Part shown: piece after piece, positions 1 to 9,815 of the stretch
Layout of the letters: every line of letters starts with the position of its first letter
How positions within the stretch are numbered: the first letter of the stretch is position 1
Sequence record: MK295204
From: Shigella phage vB_SdyM_006
Length of the DNA stretch: 64,000 nt
Direction: 5' to 3' (one strand)
Translations under genes and position numbers: made by a program
Notes under the pieces: generated by a model
Told to the model about the DNA's origin: nothing
Databases searched by the model: none
What the model saw: only the letters and a program-made list of their open reading frames with translations

Positions 1-1562
1 TTTTTATTCCATCAGCTAAAATTATTGCACATTCAAAAGCAATTGGCACATACCCACAATTAGGTGCAGGATGGACTGCCGAAGTTTCAAAAAGTACTTC
101 TGGTGTTGCAGGTTCAATCACTTTAGATTCTATTATTGTTGATTCAGGTATTTTACTAACAGAATCTGATTCTGCAAATAGTATTATTACTTCTGAAGAA
201 TATATGGAACAAATTAAAGCTTATTCATTACCTGCTATTGCAGCCGTATATCCGGGTGAACGAGGTTCTAATATTGAAGTAGAAATAGTCTCTAAAGAAT
301 CTTATGAGAAAAATACGACTATAAATCAATACCCAGATGGTGGCGAAAAACAAACTTCCGGTCCTTTAGTATTCCAATATGGACCTCAAAATGAAGACCA
401 GTATGGTATCATTGTTCGTGTTGACGGAATTATCCAAGAATCTATGATTCTTAGTGTTAAACGTGGCGATAAAGATGTGTATGGTTCTAACATTTTTATG
501 GATGACTATTTCTCTAAAGGTTCTAGTAAATTCATTTATGCTAGTTCAATGAATTGGCCTAAAGGTTTTTCTGGATTTATTAAATTAGGTGGCGGTTTAT
601 CATCAAATAAAACTGTTTCTGCTGGTGATTTAATGCAAGCTTGGGACCATTTTGCTGATCGTGAATCATTACATGTTAATTTGCTGATTGCTGGATCTTG
701 TGCTGGTGAATCTGAAGAAATTGCATCAACTGTCCAAAAACATGTTATTTCTATTGCAGATGAACGTCAAGATTGTTTAGCTTTAATTTCTCCTCCAAGA
801 GAGCTCCTGGTTAACGTTCCTTTGGCCAAAGCTGTTTCTAATATAACATCATGGAGAAAAGGTAGAAGTTCATCAGGCGAAGCCCTGGACAACAATATGA
901 ATGTTAATAGTACATATTTTGAGATTGACGGCAACTATAAATATCAGTATGACAAGTACAATGATGTTAATAGATGGGTTCCATTAGCAGCAGATATTGC
1001 AGGATTATGTGCTAGAACAGATTCAGTTGCACAACCATGGGCTTCACCAGCTGGATATAATCGTGGTCAAATCATGAATTGTATTAAACTTGCTATTGAG
1101 CCAAGACAATCACATCGTGATGAACTATATCAATTAGGAATTAACCCTGTTGCAGGATTTGCAGGTGGTGATGGATTCATTTTATTCGGAGATAAAACTG
1201 GTGCATTAGCTCCAACTCCATTTGACCATATTAACGTTCGTAGACTGTTTAATATGCTTAAGAAAAATATTGGTGATTCCGCTAAATATAAATTATTCGA
1301 AATCAATGATGATTTTACTCGTAAATCGTTCAGAATGGAAGTTTCTCAGTATCTGGCTGGATTAAAATCACTTGGTGCAATGTATGATTTCCGTGTAGTT
1401 TGTGATACAACAAACAATACTCCTGCAGTTATCGATAGAGGAGAATTTGTAGCTTCTATCTATATTAAACCTGCACGTAGTATTAACTATATTACATTGA
1501 ACTTTATCGCTACAAATACTGGCGCTGATTTTGATGAATTAATTGGACCTCAACAACAGTAA
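1..1562 (+). CDS. 18: tail sheath protein, C-terminal ~520 aa (5' end lies outside window)
   Basis: Reading frame is open from position 3 to the stop at 1560-1562 with no upstream stop; sits directly upstream of the tail tube gene as in T4; followed by a hairpin terminator. Confidence 0.8.
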   Translation, partial: FIPSAKIIAHSKAIGTYPQLGAGWTAEVSKSTSGVAGSITLDSIIVDSGILLTESDSANSIITSEEYMEQIKAYSLPAIAAVYPGERGSNIEVEIVSKESYEKNTTINQYPDGGEKQTSGPLVFQYGPQNEDQYGIIVRVDGIIQESMILSVKRGDKDVYGSNIFMDDYFSKGSSKFIYASSMNWPKGFSGFIKLGGGLSSNKTVSAGDLMQAWDHFADRESLHVNLLIAGSCAGESEEIASTVQKHVISIADERQDCLALISPPRELLVNVPLAKAVSNITSWRKGRSSSGEALDNNMNVNSTYFEIDGNYKYQYDKYNDVNRWVPLAADIAGLCARTDSVAQPWASPAGYNRGQIMNCIKLAIEPRQSHRDELYQLGINPVAGFAGGDGFILFGDKTGALAPTPFDHINVRRLFNMLKKNIGDSAKYKLFEINDDFTRKSFRMEVSQYLAGLKSLGAMYDFRVVCDTTNNTPAVIDRGEFVASIYIKPARSINYITLNFIATNTGADFDELIGPQQQ

Positions 1563-1565
1563 TAT

Positions 1566-1584
1566 AAGGCCGAAAGGCCTTTTA
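1566..1584 (+). terminator. hairpin terminator after gene 18
   Basis: AAGGCC-GAAA-GGCCTT stem-loop followed by TTTTAT. Confidence 0.5.
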
Positions 1585-1599
1585 TAAAAGGATTAAATA

Positions 1600-2091
1600 A
1601 TGAATCTTACAGATTTAACACGTGCCTTTGAATCAGGAGATTTCGCTCGTCCAAACTTGTTCGAGGTCGAAATTCCGTTTTTAGGTAATAATTTTAAACT
1701 TAAATGTAAAGCAGCAACTATGCCGCCAAGTGTGGTAGAAAAAATTCCTGTTGGGTACATGAACCGTAAACTAAATATTGCCGGTGACCGTACTTATGAT
1801 GACTGGACAATTACGGTTTATAATGATGATGCACACTCAACTCGTCAAAAAATCCTTGATTGGTCGCATTTAACACATGGCCGTGGTGACGAAATTTCTG
1901 GTGCTTCTCCTGCAGAATATAAGAAAACTGCTTTAATCCGTCAATTCCATCGTAATGGTAAAGATGTTACACACGAAGAGACAGTCCAAGGAATTTGGCC
2001 TACTAACGTTGGTGAAGTTCAATTAGATTGGGACTCAAATAACGAAGTTGAAACATTTGAAGTAACATTCTCTGTTGACTGGACCGAATAA
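1600..2091 (+). CDS. 19: tail tube protein
   Basis: 163 aa, same length as T4 gp19; shared stretches TRAFESGDFARPNLF, EKIPVG-MNRK, LDWDSNNE-TFEV. Confidence 0.93.
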   Translation: MNLTDLTRAFESGDFARPNLFEVEIPFLGNNFKLKCKAATMPPSVVEKIPVGYMNRKLNIAGDRTYDDWTITVYNDDAHSTRQKILDWSHLTHGRGDEISGASPAEYKKTALIRQFHRNGKDVTHEETVQGIWPTNVGEVQLDWDSNNEVETFEVTFSVDWTE

Positions 2092-2095
2092 TAAT

Positions 2096-2109
2096 GGGCC
2101 TACGGGCCC
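2096..2109 (+). terminator. GC hairpin after gene 19
   Basis: GGGCC-TACG-GGCCC followed by TTATTA. Confidence 0.4.
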
Positions 2110-2120
2110 TTATTAATGGA

Positions 2121-2128
2121 TATAAATA
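2121..2128 (+). promoter_or_regulatory. T4-type late promoter TATAAATA upstream of gene 20
   Basis: Exact TATAAATA 21 nt upstream of ATG 2149. Confidence 0.6.
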
Positions 2129-2148
2129 TTAGTAACAATGGAGATATT

Positions 2149-3699
2149 ATGTTTGAAACTTTAAAAATGTTTAGCCCTTGGGCTAAAGAAGACCAATCAA
2201 CGTATAACCAAATAATTAATAATAACAATGATTCTATAACAGCTCCTAAATTTGATGATGGCGCTATAGAATATGAATCTGATTCATCTTCATATAATGT
2301 TTTAATGCAACAATTCTTCGGTTCTAATATAAGTCCAGAAGTTAAAAACACAACAGATTTAATTAAAACCTATCGGGCTTTAGTTAATATACATGAAGTT
2401 GATAATGCTGTTTCTGAAATAGTCAACGATGCTATAGTTTTTGATGACGACGAAGAAGTTGTATCAATAAATTTAGACAATACTTCATTTAGTGATTCTA
2501 TTAAAACTAAAATACAAGAAGAGTTTGATTCTGTTTTAAATATCTTAGATTTTAGACGAAGAGCCCAAGACCATTTTAGAAGATGGTATATAGATTCAAG
2601 GATTTATTTCCATAAAGTAATAGATGTTAATAACCCTAAAAAAGGGATAATGGAACTTAGACGATTAAATCCTTTTAATGTCCAATATGTCAGAGAAATT
2701 ATCACTGAAACAGAAAATAATGTAAAGGTTGTTAAAGGGTATAAAGAATCTTTTATCTATGATACTGGAAATGAAAGTTATACAATTGGCGGTAGAATAT
2801 ACGGTCCTAACACTAAAATATCTATCCCAAAATCTGCTATAGTTTATGCTCACTCTGGTTTAGTTGATGAATGCGGTAAAAATATTATCGGATATTTGCA
2901 TAGAGCTGTTAAACCGGCTAATCAATTAAAACTATTAGAAGATGCTATGGTCATTTATCGTATCACACGTTCTCCGGAACGAAGAGTGTTTTACATAGAT
3001 ACTGGTAACATGCCAAATAAAAAAGCAACACAACACATGAACAATATTATGAATGGGCTTAAAAACCGAGTTGTCTATGATGCAACTACAGGTAAAATTA
3101 AGAACCAACAACATAATATGGCTATGACTGAAGACTACTGGTTACAAAGACGTGACGGTAAAGCAGTTACTGATGTTACTTCTCTTCCTGGTGCAACAGG
3201 AATGAATGAAATAGAAGACGTCAGATGGTTTAATCAAAAATTATATGAAGCACTAAGAATTCCGTTATCTAGAATCCCTAATCCACAAGGTGGTGTTAAT
3301 TTTGGAATGGGCTCAGAAATAACTCGGGATGAGGTAAACTTTTTTAAATTTATCAAAATTCTTAGACATCAATTTGAGGCTATTCTTTCAGACCCACTTA
3401 AATCTAATTTAATCCTTAAAAAGATTATTACAGAAGAAGAATGGAACGAAGAGCGTAATAATATTAAAATCATTTTTAATAATGATTCATATTTTACTGA
3501 ACTTAAAGATGCCGAAATATTAGAACGTAGATTGAATATGCTTCAAATGGTAGAACCGTTTATCGGTAAATATTATTCTAATAGATCTGTTATGAAAGGT
3601 ATTCTTAAAATGACAGATGAACAAATAGAACAAGAATTTAAACAAATAGAACTAGAATCTAAAGATTCTAAATTTAATGATGAGCCCGAGGAATTTTAA
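2149..3699 (+). CDS. 20: portal vertex protein
   Basis: Long collinear similarity to T4 gp20 (e.g. [47 protein letters not shown]); start moved to ATG 2149, which follows a GGAG and a TATAAATA late promoter and matches the T4 N-terminus (FSPWAK). Confidence 0.93.
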   Translation: MFETLKMFSPWAKEDQSTYNQIINNNNDSITAPKFDDGAIEYESDSSSYNVLMQQFFGSNISPEVKNTTDLIKTYRALVNIHEVDNAVSEIVNDAIVFDDDEEVVSINLDNTSFSDSIKTKIQEEFDSVLNILDFRRRAQDHFRRWYIDSRIYFHKVIDVNNPKKGIMELRRLNPFNVQYVREIITETENNVKVVKGYKESFIYDTGNESYTIGGRIYGPNTKISIPKSAIVYAHSGLVDECGKNIIGYLHRAVKPANQLKLLEDAMVIYRITRSPERRVFYIDTGNMPNKKATQHMNNIMNGLKNRVVYDATTGKIKNQQHNMAMTEDYWLQRRDGKAVTDVTSLPGATGMNEIEDVRWFNQKLYEALRIPLSRIPNPQGGVNFGMGSEITRDEVNFFKFIKILRHQFEAILSDPLKSNLILKKIITEEEWNEERNNIKIIFNNDSYFTELKDAEILERRLNMLQMVEPFIGKYYSNRSVMKGILKMTDEQIEQEFKQIELESKDSKFNDEPEEF

Positions 3700-3927
3700 A
3701 TGGAAGACATAATTGTAGCAATTAAAAATAAAGACCTTGTAGAGGTTAAAAAACTTTTCAGTGAAGCAATGAAAGAGCGAACACTAGGTCTAATCGAAGC
3801 CGAAAAATTAAAAATCTGTCAAAATATTTTTGTCGAAGGCGAAGAATCTGACAAAGACGATTCAGATGACAAAGAAAAAGACGTTAAAGATACTAAAAAA
3901 GATAAAGATGACAAAGATGCCGAATAA
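3700..3927 (+). CDS. 67: prohead core protein (acidic C-terminus)
   Basis: 75 aa, position between gp20 and gp68 as in T4; acidic Asp/Lys-rich tail. Confidence 0.65.
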   Translation: MEDIIVAIKNKDLVEVKKLFSEAMKERTLGLIEAEKLKICQNIFVEGEESDKDDSDDKEKDVKDTKKDKDDKDAE

Positions 3928-3938
3928 GGAGAATTCTT

Positions 3939-4361
3939 ATGATTATTGTAGAAGATGATTTCGACATCACATTAGAAAACATAGAATCTTTTTCTGAAGA
4001 AGCAAGTAAACAATTCGACCTTATAAAAGCGTTAGAAAAAACCGATATAAATAGAATTATAGAGAACATTGCTTCTAGTGGTGATTTTGGTACTGCGATT
4101 TGTATGGGCTCATTAAACGAAAATATGCCTTTAAACGAGTATATTGTTAAACATGTTTCTTCACGCGGTGAAGTTACAAGAACTAAAGATAGAAAAACTC
4201 GTGAACGAAATGCGTTTAAAACAACTGGTTTAAGTAAATCTAAACGTAGACAAATTGCAAGAAGAGCCGTAAAAACTAAACGCGCTAATCCTTCTATCCA
4301 AACACGTGCTCAAAGAAAACGTAAAAAAGCGATGAAGAGAAGAGAGGCCTTAGGGTTATGA
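3939..4361 (+). CDS. 68: prohead core protein
   Basis: 140 aa vs 141 aa in T4; position between gp67 and gp21; basic C-terminus. Confidence 0.6.
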   Translation: MIIVEDDFDITLENIESFSEEASKQFDLIKALEKTDINRIIENIASSGDFGTAICMGSLNENMPLNEYIVKHVSSRGEVTRTKDRKTRERNAFKTTGLSKSKRRQIARRAVKTKRANPSIQTRAQRKRKKAMKRREALGL

Positions 4362-4984
4362 GTGAAATACTTTTAATCGAAGACTGGGGATTACCAGGTG
4401 AAACCTTAAACGGAACACCCTTAATTGAATCTTCAGAATCAGACGGCGCTCTTTATATTGAAGGTATTTTTATGCAGGCTGAAGTCGTTAATAGAAATAA
4501 ACGACTTTATCCTAAAAAAATCCTAGAACAAGCCGTAAGTAAGTACATAAAAGAACAAGTTAATTCTAAACAGGCTTTAGGCGAATTAAACCACCCACCA
4601 AGAGCTTCAGTTGATCCGATGCAAGCAGCGATTTTAATAGAAAAATTGTGGTGGGAAGGCAATAACGTGTATGGGAGAGCTAGAGTCATTGAAGGCGATT
4701 ACGGCCCAGGCGATAAGCTTGCTGCTAATATACGAGCTGGATGGATTCCAGGTGTAAGTTCTCGTGGCCTTGGTTCTTTAAAATCTTCTGGTAAAGGATA
4801 TAACGTTGTTCAAGAAGGTTATAGATTAACAGTAGGTGTAGACGTTGTATGGGGTCCTTCAGCACCAGATGCTATGGTTACTCCAAAAAGAATTCAGGAA
4901 TCTGTAGATATTCCTAAAAATATGGAAAATAGTGCTGACAAGGCATTTTCTTTATTATCACAGCGCTTAAAACAAGCGTTATAA
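4358..4984 (+). CDS. 21: prohead core scaffold protease
   Basis: Strong similarity to T4 gp21 ([55 protein letters not shown]). Confidence 0.92.
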   Translation: MSEILLIEDWGLPGETLNGTPLIESSESDGALYIEGIFMQAEVVNRNKRLYPKKILEQAVSKYIKEQVNSKQALGELNHPPRASVDPMQAAILIEKLWWEGNNVYGRARVIEGDYGPGDKLAANIRAGWIPGVSSRGLGSLKSSGKGYNVVQEGYRLTVGVDVVWGPSAPDAMVTPKRIQESVDIPKNMENSADKAFSLLSQRLKQAL

Positions 4985-5016
4985 ATAATTATGTAATTTA
5001 ACAACAGGACTTAAAA

Positions 5017-5811
5017 ATGCTTAAAGAATTCTTAATTGAAGAAGCACAGAAAATCAATGATGTTTCTGTAGCTCTAGATGGCATTTTCGAATCAGTTGAA
5101 TTGTCTGATGATGTAAAAGCCCAATTCAGCACTGTTTTCGAAAACGCAGTAAAAACTAATGCTATCAAATTAGCAGAAACCCATATCAATGACTTAACTG
5201 AAAAAGCTGATCAAAAAGAACTAGAGATTAAAGAATCTGTTCAAGCTGCTATAGAAACAGAAATGACCGAAAACATTTCTAAATTTATGGACCATGTATC
5301 AGAACAGTGGTTAGAAGAAAATAAATTAGCTGTGACTAATGGTATTAAAGCCGATTTATTTGAATCTATGTTCCAAAGTATTAAAACCGTAGTTATTGAC
5401 CATAATGTTATTCTTCCTGAAGAATCTGTGGATGTAGTCAAAGAAATGGAAGAAGAACTGGAAGAAAGTAAATCTGAAGTTGCTTCATTATTCGATAAAA
5501 CTGTATCTTTGCAAGAAAAAGTAAACACTCTTGAAAAAGAAAAAATTATCAAAGAAGAAACTCAAAATTTGACTGAATCACAAAAAGAAAAAGTTGCTTC
5601 TTTAATTGAAGGACTTGCTTATGGTGATAAGTTCAAAGATAATTTAGAAGCTATTGTTTCTATGGTGTCTAAAACTAATGAAGAAAAAGCACCTATTTCT
5701 GAAGCTATAAATACTACTGATGAGAGCGGTATCAACTATACCCCAGAAAATCCTGTCGTAAAAAACGACCCAATGAGTGTTTATACAGCTGCGGCTAAAA
5801 AAATCAATTAA
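5017..5811 (+). CDS. 22: prohead core scaffold protein
   Basis: 264 aa, acidic coiled-coil rich; N-terminus MLKE-LIEEAQKI and NVILPEESVDVV-EMEEEL match T4 gp22. Confidence 0.85.
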   Translation: MLKEFLIEEAQKINDVSVALDGIFESVELSDDVKAQFSTVFENAVKTNAIKLAETHINDLTEKADQKELEIKESVQAAIETEMTENISKFMDHVSEQWLEENKLAVTNGIKADLFESMFQSIKTVVIDHNVILPEESVDVVKEMEEELEESKSEVASLFDKTVSLQEKVNTLEKEKIIKEETQNLTESQKEKVASLIEGLAYGDKFKDNLEAIVSMVSKTNEEKAPISEAINTTDESGINYTPENPVVKNDPMSVYTAAAKKIN

Positions 5812-5831
5812 TTTAATTTAAAGGTATTAAA

Positions 5832-7382
5832 ATGGAAATCAAAAATAAAGATGCATTAATCGAAAAATGGGGTGGTTTTATGAGCAACCCTGATCTTGGA
5901 GTTATCGAAGGTTCTACCAAACAAGCTATTATGGCTAAAATCTTAGAAAACCAAGAAATGGATATTCAAAAATCTCCAGAATATCGTGACGAAAAAATTG
6001 CTGAAGCTTTTGGTGATTTTTTAACTGAAGCCGAAGTTGGTGGTGACCATGGTTATGACGCTAGCAATATTGCTATGGGTAAAACAAGTGGTGCTGTAAC
6101 TCAAATTGGGCCTGCTGTAATGGGTATGGTTCGTCGTTCATTCCCTAATATGATCGGGTTTGATATCGCTGGTGTTCAGCCAATGAATGGACCAACTGGT
6201 CAGTACTTCTCATTACGTTCTATTTACGGTGAAGATCCACTGGCTAAAGATGCTAAAGAAGCATTCCATCCTATGTTTGCACCAGATGCAATGTACGGTG
6301 GTCGTGGTTCTCACGAAGTATTCGAAAAAATCGAAGCTTCAAAATCATTAACCGAAGGTAAAGTTTACACATTTGAATTTGCCGAAACTGGTACTGCACA
6401 TTTACAAGCTGTAGAAGCTGTTACTATTGCAGGTACAGATGTAGAAGTAGATGTTCTTAAGAATATTGAAGCTGGTAAATTAGTAGAAATCGCAGAAGCA
6501 ATGGCAACAAGTATTGCGGAACTGCAACAAAGCTTTAATAAGTCTAAAGACAATCCATGGGATGAAATGACTTTCCGTATCGACAAACAAGTTGTTGAAG
6601 CGAAATCAAAACAACTTAAAGCAAGTTATTCTATCGAACTGGCACAAGATTTACGTGCAGTACATGGTATGGATGCTGATGCTGAGTTGAGTTCTATCCT
6701 GGCTACAGAAATTCTGTTAGAAATGAACCGTGAATTAGTTAACTGGATTAACTATACTGCTCAACCTGGTAAAACTGGTATGACATTAACCATGGGTTCA
6801 AAAGCAGGTGTATTTGACTTCCAAGACCCAATCGATACACGTGGTGCAAGATGGGCTGGTGAAAGCTTCAAATCTCTGTTATACCAAATCGATAAAGAAG
6901 CTGCAGAAATTGCACGTCAAACTGGTCGTGGTGCTGGTAACTTCTTGATTGCTTCACGTAACGTTGTTAATATCTTAGCTTCTGTTGATGTTAACGTTAC
7001 TCCAGCTGCTCAAGGTTTAGCACGTGGTCTGAATACAGATACAACTAAAGCAGTATTTGCCGGTGTTCTTGGTGGTAAATACAAAGTTTATATTGACCAA
7101 TACGCTCGTCAAGATTACTTCACTGTTGGTTATAAAGGTGCTAACGAAATGGATGCAGGTATCTACTACTGTCCATACGTTGCATTAACACCATTACGTG
7201 GTAGCGATCCTAAGAACTTCCAACCAGTAATGGGCTTCAAAACTCGTTACGGTATTGGTATTAACCCATTTGCTGATTCTCGTTCACAAGCTCCAACAGA
7301 CAGAATCACTTCTGGTATGCCTTCTTTAGATTCAATCGGTAAGAATGCTTACTTCCGCCGTGTGTGGGTTAAAGGTGCATAA
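5832..7382 (+). CDS. 23: major capsid protein
   Basis: 516 aa; near-identical blocks to T4 gp23 (GDHGY, TSGAVTQIGPAVMGMVRR, RGSDPKNFQPVMGFKTRYGIGINPF); strong terminator downstream. Confidence 0.97.
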   Translation: MEIKNKDALIEKWGGFMSNPDLGVIEGSTKQAIMAKILENQEMDIQKSPEYRDEKIAEAFGDFLTEAEVGGDHGYDASNIAMGKTSGAVTQIGPAVMGMVRRSFPNMIGFDIAGVQPMNGPTGQYFSLRSIYGEDPLAKDAKEAFHPMFAPDAMYGGRGSHEVFEKIEASKSLTEGKVYTFEFAETGTAHLQAVEAVTIAGTDVEVDVLKNIEAGKLVEIAEAMATSIAELQQSFNKSKDNPWDEMTFRIDKQVVEAKSKQLKASYSIELAQDLRAVHGMDADAELSSILATEILLEMNRELVNWINYTAQPGKTGMTLTMGSKAGVFDFQDPIDTRGARWAGESFKSLLYQIDKEAAEIARQTGRGAGNFLIASRNVVNILASVDVNVTPAAQGLARGLNTDTTKAVFAGVLGGKYKVYIDQYARQDYFTVGYKGANEMDAGIYYCPYVALTPLRGSDPKNFQPVMGFKTRYGIGINPFADSRSQAPTDRITSGMPSLDSIGKNAYFRRVWVKGA

Positions 7383-7395
7383 TCTTTAAGTTTAA

Positions 7396-7420
7396 AGCCC
7401 GGGAAACCGGGCTATTTTAT
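7396..7420 (+). terminator. terminator after major capsid gene
   Basis: AGCCCGG-GAAA-CCGGGCT followed by ATTTTATT. Confidence 0.7.
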
Positions 7421-7500
7421 TAATATTTTATCGTAAAGTATTAATAAAATATTTTAAACTCTAACAACTAAAAAGATTTATACTTTAAGAGAGAAATAAA

Positions 7501-8751
7501 ATGACCAATAAGATTCAAAAATTATTGCGCGAATCAAGTACAACAGCCAGTTCATCTAATGGACGTCCTGATCTTGTTGGGTTAACACGCGCAACACATG
7601 ATTTAATTTTTACAGATTTAATTGCAATACAGAATACAAATCAGCCAGAAGCGACTCTTTATGGTGTCAAATATTTAAATGACAATAAAGATATGAGTTT
7701 TATGACACCAGCTACATATTCTGGTGCTATAAAATCAAGAGAAAATATCGAAGAACTTGACCCATCTAAATCATATTCTAAAGATGATATGTTTAAATTT
7801 GAAGAAGTGGTTTATAAAGTCGTTAAAGATAATCCATTTACAGATTTGACGTCATTACCAAAAAATGAAGCTTTAGGCCAAGCAATTATAGATGGTTCTA
7901 TTAGATTTATGTCTGAAGCGGCATTAACTGGGCATTTTGAAAAGAAAGACGTAGAAATAGCAGAAGCTTCTGTCAGATTAGATCGTTGGAATATTCCTGT
8001 AAGAACAAGAAAAATTAAAACAGAGCTCACAGTTGAATTTGCTCAAGACTTAAATTCAAACCAGTTTGAAGCAGGTGCCGTAATTGATGACATGTTAGCT
8101 ACTATTTTAGCTGAAGATGTTAATAAAGACGTTATCCAAAAAATTATGACTGTTTCTAGTCGATATAAGGTTAAAGGAATTTCTGATAAAGGAATGTTAG
8201 ATTTAACCAAAACGGATGTTGCTCCTGAACAAGGACGTACTTTATATCGTTATATTTGTGAAATGAATGCGTCTATCGAAAGAAATACAACTTATGATGG
8301 GACATATGTTTTAGCTAGTTCAAGATGTGCTGCTATTTTGTCTGCATCAGGTTGGATGGATATTAATCCTGATTATCCTTTAGCCGCTGGCACACTTAAA
8401 AATGGCTTACCTGTTTATTCTGACCCTTGGTCTCCTGTTGACTATGTAGTTGTAGGAACTAAACAAAACCTTGGTGAGCTAGAACATGTAGGTTCTTTAT
8501 TCTATGCACCTTATATTGATTTTGATGGCGCAGGTGCTTATAAATTAGTTGTCGATCCAGATAGTTTACAACCTAAACTTGCTTTAATGGTCCGATATGG
8601 GTTATCAATTAATCCATATACAGTCATTGAAGTAGACGAAACACCTCAAAAAGAATCTATGTTAGTTCAAGGTGATGATTGGGACAATTTAGTTGGTAAG
8701 TCTAAAATGTCATATATTTTAGGTGTTCAATTACCTAAACTTATAGAATAA
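7501..8751 (+). CDS. 24: capsid vertex protein (gp23 paralogue)
   Basis: 416 aa, directly downstream of gp23; C-terminal pattern RYGLSINPY echoes the gp23 fold. Confidence 0.88.
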   Translation: MTNKIQKLLRESSTTASSSNGRPDLVGLTRATHDLIFTDLIAIQNTNQPEATLYGVKYLNDNKDMSFMTPATYSGAIKSRENIEELDPSKSYSKDDMFKFEEVVYKVVKDNPFTDLTSLPKNEALGQAIIDGSIRFMSEAALTGHFEKKDVEIAEASVRLDRWNIPVRTRKIKTELTVEFAQDLNSNQFEAGAVIDDMLATILAEDVNKDVIQKIMTVSSRYKVKGISDKGMLDLTKTDVAPEQGRTLYRYICEMNASIERNTTYDGTYVLASSRCAAILSASGWMDINPDYPLAAGTLKNGLPVYSDPWSPVDYVVVGTKQNLGELEHVGSLFYAPYIDFDGAGAYKLVVDPDSLQPKLALMVRYGLSINPYTVIEVDETPQKESMLVQGDDWDNLVGKSKMSYILGVQLPKLIE

Positions 8752-8765
8752 TTTATTTAATTTCC

Positions 8766-8806
8766 GGTAATTTATTACCTTTTTTGGGAACTTCGGTTCC
8801 CTTTTT
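8766..8806 (+). terminator. tandem terminators after gene 24
   Basis: GGTAA-TTTA-TTACC + TTTTTT, then GGGAAC-TTCG-GTTCCC + TTTTT. Confidence 0.75.
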
Positions 8807-8807
8807 A

Positions 8808-9371
8808 TTAGAAAAAATCATCTAATGTAAACTCTTTATATCCTATCATTTCTTTGAATTCGCACATCACTATTGGGTTATATAAATTATAAGTCTTTAT
8901 CCCTAAATAACGTGCTAGATAAACAGCTGTTCTTGTCCCTCCAGAAACATTCCCATATTTATCCTCAGGTGCCCAAAATATAACTGAATCAACAGGATTT
9001 TCTAAAGTAGGTGTTAATATTTGCATACAATTTCTACATTGAAGATGTTTAACAGTTTTAGAAACACTGTCTAATTTAGGATAAAATCTTCTTATAATAT
9101 TAGCGGCTTTTTCTTGGATTTCGTCATTAAAGTCTGTAAATATATGAACACCATTCCCAGAATAGTGATTATTGAACCCCTGGTGAGGAATAATAACACA
9201 TTTATTTTCAGATGAGTATTTCTTCATAAACAAATAATCACTCCCAGGCGCTCCTCCTGATGTTCCTAGCACTCCTAAATTAGAAATATATTCTCCACCA
9301 CTTATTAAAATATTAGATAAACGACTTGGTATTTTTCTTGACCCTATTAAAGCTACAGAATTTTTAACCAT
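8808..9371 (-). CDS. SLOG/DprA-like Rossmann-fold protein
   Basis: N-terminal pattern LIGSRKIPS...GTSGGAPGSD and C-terminal GGTRTAVYLARYLGIKTYNL resemble the DprA/LOG/YpsA (SLOG) glycine-rich nucleotide-binding loops; motif-level call only. Confidence 0.45.
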   Translation of the reverse strand: MVKNSVALIGSRKIPSRLSNILISGGEYISNLGVLGTSGGAPGSDYLFMKKYSSENKCVIIPHQGFNNHYSGNGVHIFTDFNDEIQEKAANIIRRFYPKLDSVSKTVKHLQCRNCMQILTPTLENPVDSVIFWAPEDKYGNVSGGTRTAVYLARYLGIKTYNLYNPIVMCEFKEMIGYKEFTLDDFF

Positions 9372-9380
9372 GCTAACCTC

Positions 9381-9400
9381 AAAAAGGACCCGAAGGTCCT
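9381..9400 (-). terminator. hairpin terminator 14 nt upstream of SLOG-like gene start
   Basis: AGGACC-CGAA-GGTCCT with T-run on minus strand. Confidence 0.55.
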
Positions 9401-9405
9401 TTAAT

Positions 9406-9561
9406 TTATTGTAAAGCTAAAATTAAACCCACAATAATAAACCATAACACAAACCCAATCCATAATGGTGATAACACCCATAGCCAAGACCAAGCAATGA
9501 CACCAACTAGTTTTAAAACAATAAACACAATACCTAGTACACCCAAAAATCCAATTTTCAT
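9406..9561 (-). CDS. small hydrophobic protein, 51 aa, likely membrane-embedded
   Basis: My own translation: MKIGFLGVLGIVFIVLKLVGVIAWSWLWVLSPLWIGFVLWFIIVGLILALQ; start 2 nt after upstream gene stop; followed by a hairpin terminator; below the ORF-track length cutoff. Confidence 0.35.
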   Translation of the reverse strand: MKIGFLGVLGIVFIVLKLVGVIAWSWLWVLSPLWIGFVLWFIIVGLILALQ

Positions 9562-9562
9562 A

Positions 9563-9808
9563 TTACCAACCTGTTATTTGTATTATATTAGAATCAAATT
9601 GGGTTCTTTTAACAGTTAACCCTTCGTTTTGTAATTTTGTAATAACTTTCTCTTGGACTCGGTATGAGATTTCACCTAGAGTCCAAGTTAAACTATCATA
9701 CCCATGTTTAGATTTAAGCATTAATCGCTTTGCAATATCATTAAACACCTGTTTAGATTCAAGCTCAACTAAGCTATCTTTAGAATCTTTTAATTTATCA
9801 ATAAACAT
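9563..9808 (-). CDS. hypothetical protein
   Basis: 81 aa ORF tightly packed downstream of rnlB. Confidence 0.4.
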   Translation of the reverse strand: MFIDKLKDSKDSLVELESKQVFNDIAKRLMLKSKHGYDSLTWTLGEISYRVQEKVITKLQNEGLTVKRTQFDSNIIQITGW

Positions 9809-9815
9809 AATAAAC

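Noticed and set aside
2116-2148. First in-frame ATG of gene 20 (also of uvsW at 24492, gene 36 at 58644, rnh at 53748)
   Set aside because: In each case the first ATG lies upstream of or within the promoter, lacks an SD, and the internal ATG gives an N-terminus matching the T4 protein.
2100-2351. Minus-strand 83-aa ORF
   Set aside because: Lies antisense inside the portal gene (gp20) and overlaps a terminator; low-complexity translation; treated as spurious.
6365-6586. Minus-strand 73-aa ORF
   Set aside because: Antisense within the major capsid gene; no start context; spurious.
7420-7460. AT-only 10-bp inverted repeat between genes 23 and 24
   Set aside because: Stem is entirely A/T and short; expected by chance in sequence this AT-rich.
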